From: Thalia democratica
Taxonomy: Eukaryota
Assembly (NCBI GenBank): GCA_965202585.1
Contig: OZ241830.1
Span: 37,882,001-37,946,000 of the forward strand
Direction of reading: 5' to 3'
DNA length: 64,000 nucleotides
Shown: positions 53,201 through 64,000 of the stretch, piece after piece
How the letters are laid out: the number at the start of each line of letters is the position of its first letter
How positions within the stretch are numbered: position 1 is the first letter of the stretch
Translations under genes and position numbers: made by a program
The notes under the pieces: model-generated
Told to the model about the DNA's origin: nothing
Databases searched by the model: none
The model's input: the letters and a program-made list of their open reading frames with translations, nothing else

Positions 53201-53919
53201 ATTAGATAAATATTGTAGTTTTAAGTAAATATTCTGTCTTGATTTATTAATTATTGTTTTATTAAAGTTTTTGCAAGTAATTATACCCAATAAACTCTAA
53301 AAAGATATATAACAGTCATGGAAAATAGTATTTAAACAGTTATAAAAAGTACAAACATTTTTTTACTTTAAAACAAAACAAATTAAATTTTAAATTTAAG
53401 GTTGAGTTTATGATATAACTTAAATATTTGTTAAGTTTCGAAATCAAAATGATAGTAAAAAAAAGGAGAACAATAATAATTTGATATAGACAATTTTTTC
53501 TAGTGAGTTTTCAAAATAAACATCGTTAAAATAGAAATGTAGTCATTAGTAGTAAAAGAGCTTTAAGTTAAAATACATTCTTATGTAGCTAATTTTAATC
53601 GTGACGTAGCCCTGAAAACTTAAAGAATTGTATGATTGTAATAACTATGAAAATTTTAAATTTAGCTCGATTGATTTTTATAAAAAATATAGCTTTCAGA
53701 AAATAGTCGCTAAATAAAAACTTTTCAAGATTATTTTTATTCATAATTTACAAAAATTATATTAAAATATCATATATCTTAAATTTTAAAAAATATTCGA
53801 AAAATAACTATTTGTAATATAAATTTAATCGTTTGTTACCAAAAGATCCTAGAGAAAAAAGTTCACTGGAATATATAAAAATGACAAAATATACAGTTTC
53901 TTTCTTTTACTACACTGAC

Positions 53920-54190
53920 ATATGTTTATGTGTGTTAAACGAGTCAACACACTTAAACTGAATTCTGTAAAAAAATAAATACTGTAAGTAAAGCTAAGAA
54001 GATAAAGTAAGTGTATACATGTGTTCACTAAAATAAAAATAATTGCTATAGATTGTTAGAGGTTAATGGTTAATAATAGATAAAATACTGAATTTTAAAT
54101 CCGACTGTTATAAAACGATATAATATTTGTAATTATTAAGTCTAGATTAAAAAACTTAAAGTAAAAATACAAAATAAGATAACAAATCAT
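53920..54190 (+). repeat. Dispersed repeat, similar to about 63525-63800
   Basis: Shared catatgttt.tgtgtgtta..g.tcaacacactt, gtgtatacatg and ttaaatccgactgttataaaac in the same order. Confidence 0.6.
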
Positions 54191-54960
54191 AATACTTACA
54201 TGAAAATGGAGAAAGTACTAATTCTAAATATTTACTAGTTACTAATCATTGAAAAAATGTATCTAATAATTACATTACAATATATATGAACATTAGGATG
54301 AGCTAGTTAATTTATACTACAAAATTAGACTATTTACTCCTAATGTTTGGAAAAAGTAGTAGAGCACTTTAATTTAAAAAAGTAATATGGATTCTAATGT
54401 CAATAAAAAGTAAAACAACAAACATTAATAATTGAACTTATAAATTAAACAATAGTAAAAGCAATAAAAGCCACTAAACATTGAATAATGTATATTTTAT
54501 TTATTGAATGTCTATAATGGTTGAATTTAAATAATAACAAAATTAAAGTTAGATAAAAATAGAAAACAGATTGAATTTAAATTTAAAAATAAAATGTTTT
54601 AAAATCAAACTTGTTAATAAGCTTTTAAAGTCCTGACCAATGGTTAAGTTAAAGCGCGATACATAAAACCACCATGGCTTAAACTACATGTATATTATAC
54701 AATATGTAAAATAAATAGTTAATTATTGTTTTAAAAAGTAGCAGTCGGGTTTCTAAACTAAAAACATTATACCGAAGTTTTAAATATTTAATAACTAAAC
54801 TATGTTGCAAATTACGGGTTTGTGTTTAATATAAAACTTAAAATGTAAAACTTAAAACAACAAATGGTTATATGCTTTGTATAAACCTGCAGTAAAAAGA
54901 CCTCTAGCCAATCTATTGGGGTAGTGGGTAAAAAATCACGGTTTATATGTGACTTTAATA

Positions 54961-55034
54961 CAGGTTTCCAACTAAACTTGAAACTCAACACATAAAAATG
55001 TAATTTCTGTACTGGCCAACTTTGGGAAACCCTG
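54961..55034. mobile_element. Minimal hAT-like MITE (about 74 bp)
   Basis: caggtttccaa / ttgggaaaccctg inverted ends, related to 1150-1409. Confidence 0.4.
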
Positions 55035-57124
55035 GTCTTAATCGAGGAACGTCAGTCTAAAATTACAAACTTTTGCGTACGAACTCTATGTATTATTTAA
55101 TTTTTATTACTTCGTCGTAAGTATTTTCTCGGAATTTTATACAAGGTTTACCAGTCACTAAAACTTATTTGAACTAGTTTAGATTTTATAGTTTTCTTTT
55201 CTTGAATGCCGAGTTGTTTTGTTTATTTATTCAATCTAAACAATGCTCCTAGTACTTGTACAAGTTCTTTTAAAAGTTAGTCAAACTCAGAAGCATTAAA
55301 CTGGCACTTAATTTCATAGCACTTTTATTAGCAATAGTCAGATAAACCAAACATATTAAGTCCAGATTGCAAATAATTTGTATTCAAACAATAATATAGT
55401 ATTAAAATGTTATAGAATACATGATTTATTTTTCCACTAACGTAAATAGCTGCTAGCAATTGTTTTATTTGACAACTACTTTGTAATAAAAAGGGTTATT
55501 TTTATTAGTTTTGCTTATAAGATGCATTTGATATAACTAAACTAGTATAGTTTTAGAAAATTTTTTTGAGATATACTGAACTTGCTGAACTTAACTTAGA
55601 TATTAAACATTACCCATTAGAAGAGGGTAACTCTTGATCAGTTTTTTCGTTTGAAAGAAAAGTACATTTCGCAAAAGTGATAAAAAAAAGTAAAAAATTG
55701 CATGATTCTAGTTGCTACAATGTATAAGCTATTTCCATTTCTAATCTAATCTTGTTATTGAAATCTAGATGCCTTGAACTTACGTCTAATTTATTGTTAA
55801 AACAACACTTTTAGCATTATTAATCGGTACTTTTTTAGCTAGTAAGTAGATGCTAGATGTTTAGTTGGAAAAACTCAAACATACTTAATATTAAAGTAAA
55901 ATAATGTGTAATAATGTACTTAATTTGCCGAAAAGCAACAAAAGTTTTGTCATCCCAATATTTAACAGAGTTTATGTGCACTGTAGAGTTTTAACTTTTA
56001 AAAATACAGAGCTTTTTAAAAGAAAACAGTTACTGAATTTAGCTGTTATATGTTACGTTTTAAAACATTGAGTAAGTTAGACTTTGGAATAAGTTAGATC
56101 TTATTAGTATTTCTAAACTATTTTCCTGACTAGTTTGTTTTCTGGTAAATAATTTAAAATATTTAGTTAGAAATATAACTTCAAAATCTGTACCTAAAAA
56201 TAATTATTTAAGCTGCCTAAATTGTTACACATAACATTTAAGTAAAGTTTAACGAGACTTAAAAATACATTATTTAAAAACAAACTTTAGTTCGTTACAC
56301 TTGAAAAATACATATATCGTTACTTTATAGTAGTGCAATTTTTTATTAATAGTTAACAATAGTTTTGAAAGTTATGCTAAAAATGTAGACAGAACACTTG
56401 AATCTCAACAAAAAATACTAATACTAGTTAGTTTGTTGTTATTAAAAGATTACTTACATTAGAATTTTTAATATAAGAGATAAAAAAAGTTGTAATTATT
56501 TAGATATCAAAATGTTTAACAAATGCATAACTATAAAAAATTAGTAACTAGACCTTATTAGATAAATATCAAGCTAAAAACCTTAATGAAATAGATAGAC
56601 TTTGTATTTACTATAATCAAAAGTTTTCAGGTAACAGTTTTCTTAAAGTTATACAAACACTAATGTTCAAATAAGAAAAGTGTACGTATTTATGTTGAAT
56701 ATATTTCTTAAATATTCAAATTAGACTGAAATCCACTTTTTTAACTCGTTCTCTCTTATCCTTTGAAAAACTCCTTTGAAAGTTTAGTAAAACTAAGTTT
56801 GTATTAAAGTGTTTAAAAACGATTTTAAATTCATATGCTAATTCTTGTTTTTTTCAGTTAAACGTACCAAAAATCATAAAATGTCTCTTACAGCAGTAGT
56901 TGATCTGCAAGGCTATAGCGCGCTGGAAACACTCAAAGTCAGGTTTTCTAAAAAATCAAGCGAGACAACACTACCAGCGCTAAATAAGCAAAGCACGCGA
57001 CAACATTTTTACAAAGGTAAAAGAAAAATTTTTCTTTAAAACTGGTTTGCAATAAAAAGTGTGCTAAGTTTTTACCAAACTATACTAACATTTTTTATTA
57101 AATGACGAAAATAAAATCGCTAAA

Positions 57125-57200
57125 AGTACTTGGTCCTAGGACCTGGTTTACGAAAAAATATTTCGGTTATCGAGTCGCACACCTTTTGAATACCTTTTAA
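57125..57200. repeat. Short dispersed repeat (also at about 60690-60740 and inverted at about 61295-61380)
   Basis: cgaaaaaatatttcggttatcgagtc.cacacc..gatac shared among copies; cctggtcctaggac core. Confidence 0.5.
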
Positions 57201-59215
57201 CATCTTGTCCAGGACAGTCATAGTTTAGTATAAATAGTCAACTATTTATACTAAACCTACTTATAGCTAACGATAGCAAAAGCAACGCAACAGAATTTAA
57301 TAAAATAATTACATCTAAAACGTATACATAGGTACAAAAAAGAAAGATAAATTAAAATAAATAACTATAAGTTTTAAATGTATGAACAATAAAAGTACCA
57401 TAACTTCAAAAAAAAAAAAAAAAACTTTAGAATTTGCTTTAACTTTAAATCAATTAAGTGTATTAAATTTTTAAAAGTTAAGCTCTTTATACAGTTTAGT
57501 TTAGGTTGAATCTTGATTTCCTAAAAATTAAGTAGAACTTTCATAAATAAACTTAAAAAACTTTTTAAAAAATTATACTTTAAACTAAATTAGTGGTTTT
57601 TATTTACATCGTTCAAAAAATAACAGATTTAAAGTTTTCTTATGCTATAAAAACTTCATTTAATACTTTTTATTCGTAAATTTAAGTCGCACTTTCTTTA
57701 AATAATAATACAGCAGTTTCGTATATTTAAATATAGTAACAAATAAAAAAGCAAATCATTTTTAGGAGATCATTTATTCAAAAACGTGATTTTTAGTTTA
57801 AATTAAAAACATATTGTGAACTGGAAATATTTTTTAAGAATAAAAGTATTTGTTTTGTCACTGAAAAAAAAGATAGTATTTAGAAATAGTTTTGTTAAAA
57901 AATATTCTAATTTTATGAAATAGTGAGTTAAGTAAGAACTTTTTAAAACAAAATTACATCTAAAAGTTTTTTTAATGTTTTATAAGGTATACCATAAGTT
58001 CCTACTTTAATTTAAATTTACTTAAAACATCAATTTATTTTAGAAAGAGTTACAGATAAAACAATTATTATCGTTATCATAATAGTTACAACAATTAAAC
58101 CAATGAGAAATTTTTTGTTATTTTTGAAAAATACAAAGTGTTCTTTTTCTTCTTGAAAGTTTATGTTTAAGAGTCGAGATATTTCTACGAACCCATCAGA
58201 ACTTTTCTTTTTCTAAAAGAAGACAGCATATAAAAATTCAATTTTTTTTTTATCAACCCAAAACAAAAAAGTTTTGATTAATTATTTAAATCATGCATAA
58301 AATGAAAACATAATTTATTCTACTTTATGAAAGTCACAAATATTAACTTCTAAACTAAGGAAGTGTCATTATATTTTACCTAATGTTAGTTAAAACGAAC
58401 CGTAACTTTTTCTTGGGTTGTATTATTTTTTCCTTTCCAAAAAACCCAGGAACAATGTTTTTCAGCAAGGCTTTGAAATAATAATAAAATATTGTTACTC
58501 TAAAATAATTAAAAGTAATGTAATTACCAAAAAGTTTTTTTGGTAAAATGTTCGAAAATGAGTACCATTTTTAAATCAACACGGGATTTTTGATATTTTT
58601 AATTAGTTTTTAGCTTACTTATACACAAATCGTCTAAATCATAACACTTTTTATGTGCAATTAAATTTCAAATGTAACTTTCTTAGAAAAAGTAGTAATG
58701 TTTGAAATTATTAAGTTAAGTATTTAATTTTAAATTTAAGTTTTAATTTGCTAATGTTTTTTTTTAACAACTATAGTAGACTTACTATAAGTTTTTGACA
58801 ATTTTAAATTTTATATAAAATCATTTCATAAGTTGTATTAAAAAAATGTTCTTTCTATAAGAAAACTATTTTAAATAAATAAATTCAACTCGTATTAGTT
58901 ATACTTGAAATTATTCTAATTTTTTGTAAAAGCTTATAATGTATTTAGGCTTCAACTTGTTTGGCTAGTTACCTTATGTAAAAATTTTCATTTAACCTAA
59001 TATAAAATTACATAAACCAATCAAAGTTTCAAAAAGGAATCCTTTAAAAAGTTTTAACAAAATTTTTTTTATAACTTCTTACTAATAAAAGGTATTAAAT
59101 AAAAAAAATCAATTTCAATTCCGACTCTATAGATTTAAAACATTTTTCTAAGTATAAAAAATTAACCAACTATGATACACAAATAATACAAAAAACTAGA
59201 AGTTTTCATGAACAC

Positions 59216-61726
59216 CTTTCAGTATTTTCATCCAATCTATTGTATTTTCGTCTGATGTTTCTGTTTAAAGATCTTCTTTTTGTGTTAATGCATTTCTCAC
59301 TAATATACTTCTCACACTGTTGATGGATGTTTATCTTGCATTCTGTTAAAAGAGTCAAAAAAGTACGTTTACTCTATAAAAAAAAAGAACTTTTCATTTT
59401 TTTTTGCTTTTAAATAATTATCTTATTTTATGTTACAGCTACATTAAAACTAAAATTTTCATGAAACCTTAAATCAAAATAGTATTAAAAATGTACAAAG
59501 CACAAACTAAGTGCTTTTTTTAGGATGCACTTGTAAACAGTAGTTTATATACATAAACTAGTTTGATGTTTACATAAGTTTAAATAACTTCTTATATATT
59601 TTTAAAACCTGTACTGTTTATCTTATATAGTTTAAATAGTTTTAGTAGTTCAAAACTAGTTTAAATCAATCGTTAAAAAACATAAGTTTTAGTAATAAAA
59701 ACGAGTAGTCTAAATTGTCTAGTTGGGACAGAACTTTCCTATCAGTAGTCTACTGTATATAGCTTTTGAAGGTTTTAAGAACCCCTGATTTACCATAACT
59801 ATTTTATTTCAGTTTTTTACTTTTAAATAAAGTGTTTGTTTAAGTTGTTTTTTTTAACTCTTACACACTTCAAAAAGTGCAACTTTCTTATATGTCTATT
59901 TGATAAAAATAAATAAAAAATGCTCATTTTTGGGTACATCATCTGTTTCTATGCACAAAGTTTTACAAAAGCCACAAGAACTTTTTCACTATAAAAAGTT
60001 ATTATGCTTTGATTACAAAATTATTACTTATAATCAATGTTATAGTGTTATACTTTGATAGTTGTTACTGTTTAGATAAGTTTCTTTTATTAACTTTCAC
60101 ACTGTAGACCCTGTCTTCGTGAGCCAACCATCATTTGACCACAAAAGTCACAAAATGTTATCTTTTTGAAATCCTTATTTTGAAAGTTGTGGTTTCCGGT
60201 CAACTGTAAAATTTTTTTGCACAATTAGAATTCAAATGAAAAATAGTTAATACCTTTTTTGTGTGTTAAATAACAACAAAAACTCAATTATATTTGTTAT
60301 TTAGGTTTAAAAGTTAATTACTCTAGAAGAACAACATTTTTATTTTTAGCTTAGGTATTAAAGACAGTAGTAAAAATAAAAATGAACTGTTATCAAGTTT
60401 TATATTTTACAAAAAGCTCATAACAATTTTAGTATACAATAATTCAAATAAACTAACTAACATACTATGATTTTTTTTACCGTTATACAGAGAAAAACAC
60501 TAACCAATTTTAGACACTTAGTTTTAAGTTCCTTTTTACAATTCGGATGGACGTTTGCTTTACATCCTGTTTGAAGATTATTATTTTTAGGTGTCTTAAT
60601 TAAAATTTAGTTGAATATAATAAGAAGTATACTTATCGTTTATTGAACAAAATAGTATAAGCGTACTAAAATTTTTCCAATGACTTGATGAACGAAAAAA
60701 TATTTCGGTTATCGAGTCATACACCATGGATACATTTTAATGTCTACTTTTCTATTACAAACTTTTTAGTTTCAAAACTTGTTTTGCTGAAAGAGCTTAT
60801 AAGTGCAACAAATAAAAAATTTCATACATAACCTCTAAAGTAAAATTTGATTAATTCATTGATGGGCTCTTTGAGCAAAGCTTTATTTAGAAACAAAAGT
60901 TAAAAATAAAAACTTTTTTTATATTCCTACTGTGAAGTAGAGATCTCTATTCGTTCTAAAAACAAGCTAAACTGTATTACAAATATTCATTAAAGGATTG
61001 TTTTTAAATAGTAAAATTTACCAAGTAAAGTATCCAAACTGAGAAAAAGTTTACACTAAAAATAGTACAATAGTTGAGAAGCTAGAAACAAAACATAGTG
61101 CATAAACTATAGTATGTCTATATCAGTACATGTTTAATCTGTTCAGCTTGTACTCTATGTTGTTTTATTAAAATATTTTTAATTGATTTTTGATTATTCA
61201 AATGTCTGACATTTTTAAATTTTTTTTGCTATAGACAAACAATATTATAAAGTATATACTTCTTTTTCGAATATTTAAGTTTAAAAACACTAGATGTTAA
61301 AAGGTATCCAAGTGGTGTGCAACTCGATAATCGAAAGGTTCTTCGTGTACCTGGTCCTAGGACTAAATATTTTATCGTTTAAAAAACTAATAATAAATAA
61401 TGTTTGTTCAGAAAAAAAATTTATGTAAAGTTTAAGGTGCTGTAAACTTTAAAACGTAACCAAGTATGAAAACTTTATACACACATCCTTAATTGATTAT
61501 AGAGAAAACATCTACTTAATAATAATTCTTTAACACTGTGTTGAGATTTATTGCTTCTTAAAATTTTTAGTTGCAAATAAATAAGTGACATCAACTAACG
61601 GAAGCACTGCTGACCCTGCCTAACATAACCTTCCAACTCCTTGTCACATACGTCACAATAGGTTAGATAATGGTATGTGACGTCATTAAACTTGTGTGCG
61701 TAGTGTACTTCAACTTCCTTACTCAT
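59216..61726 (-). CDS. Tandem C1 (DAG/phorbol-ester-type Zn finger) domain protein; first four coding exons 61726-61600, 60566-60505, 60203-60095, 59342-59216; 3' end uncertain
   Basis: Phase-consistent splicing gives MSKEVEVHYAHKFNDVTYHYLTYCDVCDKELEGYVRQGQQCFRCKANVHPNCKKELKTKCLKLLTGNHNFQNKDFKKITFCDFCGQMMVGSRRQGLQCEKCKINIHQQCEKYISEKC. This contains two complete H-x12-C-x2-C-x13-C-x2-C-x4-H-x2-C-x7-C motifs. There is an in-frame TGA just upstream of the ATG. Confidence 0.85.
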
Positions 61727-64000
61727 TATTCAGCTTTTGATAGGTGTTTTTAAGGTTTCTTATTGTTTAAAAAGTATATTTAAATTTCAAAAATATTCAA
61801 ACACAGTTTTTCATTCCATAGTAATTTTTTTAATAATAAAATTCTCTATTGAAAATAAAAGGTTGTTATTCTGTTTAAAACGTACAAAAGCTCTGTAGTG
61901 AAGAACAAATTTAGCTTCTATTTTGAATAAATTAAAACTGTCAATAATACATTAAAACTAGGATGAGCAAATAAAAAAAAATATATTACAATATGGTCGT
62001 GTTAAAATTTATTAGTTAGCCGCGAAATTTTGAAAAGTTGTACTATAGAAAATAATCATTTAAAAAGTTGTACTTTCTACTAGAAATTATATTAAAAGCA
62101 TATTTCAAAACATATACTATGTAAATTTTCATTTTAGTTATTTTTGCTCACGATGTAAAAACAACGTCATAAGAGATTTCTATTGGCAATTAGTACTTTG
62201 CACACCCCTAATCTATACTTTAAGGCTGTCAAAGTAGAACAAAGAAATGATCATACTATCAGTTTTTCTTTAGCTTTAACAAACTTACTTAAATTCTGTT
62301 TTACAAAACTTATGAACAAAAGTATAACCTAAAATACTATTATTTACTGCAACAACTGCGTTAAATATTTTAATTTTTTTTGACTTTTTAAGCTGTAGTT
62401 TTTCAAATAAAGTTTTTTTTTTACTTCATTTAGATAACTTTTTAACTACAAGTAATTTTCATCTTTCTTAAACGAAAGATAAGTATTTCAATAGTTTAAA
62501 CAATTAAACACAGAGAAATAAAACTGAATAGAAATAATTTTAAAAGCAGTAAGCCGAACCACCCACATAAACGGTTGCCTCACGTTTCAAAACAAATTGT
62601 ATTATAATCTTTGTTTGATGAATATCTACTAGAAGTTTTAAAGTATTTATTTGGATAGACTTTTAAAAACCAATACTAAATCAAACGTTAAAACTTGCTT
62701 TCGTTAAATAGTTTCCAAAAAGCTTGTCAAAGTACTTAGTTTACTTTAACAATAAAAAAACACAAAAGTTTGTCATATTTTAGCAAAACAAATGAAAAGT
62801 TTGCTTAACGCCCTGTAATTACAGTTAGACTAAGTTGTCGAAATAAAATAAGGACAAGTGTTAAACAACACTCTTATGGAGCTTGGAAGAAGCAAACAAG
62901 TGCGTACATTTAGTAAAACTTGACATAAAACATAACTTATAATAACTACTTTTTTTTCATTTTATGTCCGAACTTAATCAAACGTTCATAAGTAAAGGCT
63001 CAGCAATTTTAAACCTGACCAAAAAACTACTAATCAAAAAAAAAAAGTTTTCTTAGTTTAAATTGTCAAAGCAATTATTCGATTTCAAAATCAAAACTAG
63101 TTTGTTTAATTATTTACCGAAAAGTTAGCAGAAAATTAAGATGAAAGCGTGACGTCAATTAACCACGTTGGCCGGGTGAAAAGTGACGGCATTAAAAAGT
63201 GTATTGGTTGAAAGTTGTAAGATCAAAACCCGCTATTTGATATTAAGATGTAAAAATGCATTAAAAGAAAAATTAATATAACATAATAGTCATAATCTAT
63301 AAATGATAATCTGTGTCATTAATAAAAAGATAATCAACTAAACTTTAAAGTAAAGATTCGTTACAATGATAAATCTTAAAAACTCTTTAAGTAATTAAAA
63401 GTTAGTTAAAAGGTTTGTTTTTTTATTTAAGTAAAATTATTTATCTTTGAAATTTGGTTGAAAGTTGATTTGAATAAAATATTTTGATAAAAACAAATTG
63501 TACAGTAATCTTCCTTTATTGTACCAACATATGTTTCTGTGTGTTAACGAATCAACACACTTCAACTGGGTTTTGTAAAAAAAATAATTACTTTAATGAG
63601 AGAATAGAAGCATAGAATAAAGTAGGTGTATACATGTTTTCATTAAAAAAAATATTTTCTACAGATAATAGTTAATAATAGGTAAAATACTTAATGTTAA
63701 ATCCGACTGTTATAAAACTATATGATATTTGTGATTATTAAGTCTAAAATAAGTAAAGTAAGCTAAATTACACAACAAAACAACATATCATAATATTTGT
63801 AACAAAGTATGTACAAATAGACTTAATTTTTAGTTAGAAAGTAGTATTTTAGTAATATTGAGGCTTTATGCTGTTTTTAGTACTGACAATTTTTTTTTGG
63901 ATTTTAATATGTTTGATTGTTACAAACTTACTTACATAAAGGTTAGTAAAATTATTTTTCTTAAAAGTACATTAAAAATACTGCAAGCTTTCTATTTAAA

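Noticed and set aside
14000-54000. Intact provirus, endogenous herpesvirus or Bel/Pao element around the gB-like genes
   Set aside because: No RT, integrase, gag, RdRp, capsid, terminase, LTRs or TSDs seen; the genes have host-type introns.
56845-57039. 64-aa ORF / GC-richer island
   Set aside because: Might be a downstream exon of the C1 gene (minus, KPDFECFQRAIALQINYC), but phase linkage could not be established.
59216-61726. Naming the C1 gene as PKD or PKC
   Set aside because: No kinase or C2 domain found in the window, so a gene symbol is unsupported.

Overview
AT-rich eukaryotic (probably invertebrate animal) genomic DNA with spliceosomal genes, many MITEs and decayed pseudogenes. The main content is a tandem array of intron-containing genes encoding type I membrane proteins with the hallmarks of herpesvirus glycoprotein B (gB)-like class III viral fusogens. 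Two complete 7-coding-exon paralogues can be spliced by hand with consistent GT-AG phases: A (14811-21939, about 841 aa) and C (47542-53200, about 826 aa). There is also a 3'-truncated copy of C (B, 26737-29953), an internally deleted copy of A (A', 41839-42834) and two relic first exons. Both intact proteins have a signal peptide, 14 shared ectodomain cysteines, two candidate hydrophobic fusion loops, gB domain II/III/IV-like motifs, a TM segment and an acidic (DYSDSD)n tail. No gag/pol/LTR or other viral genes were seen around them, which suggests a domesticated viral fusogen family. An 8-9 kb segmental duplication (21084-29926 vs 41985-50257) shows reciprocal gene loss around a 12 kb unrelated insert. 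Flanking genes missed by the ORF track are a divergent PARP-family ADP-ribosyltransferase (minus strand, runs off the left edge) and a tandem-C1-domain gene (minus strand, 59216-61726). All homology calls come from motif recognition by eye, with no database search, and coordinates were counted by hand.
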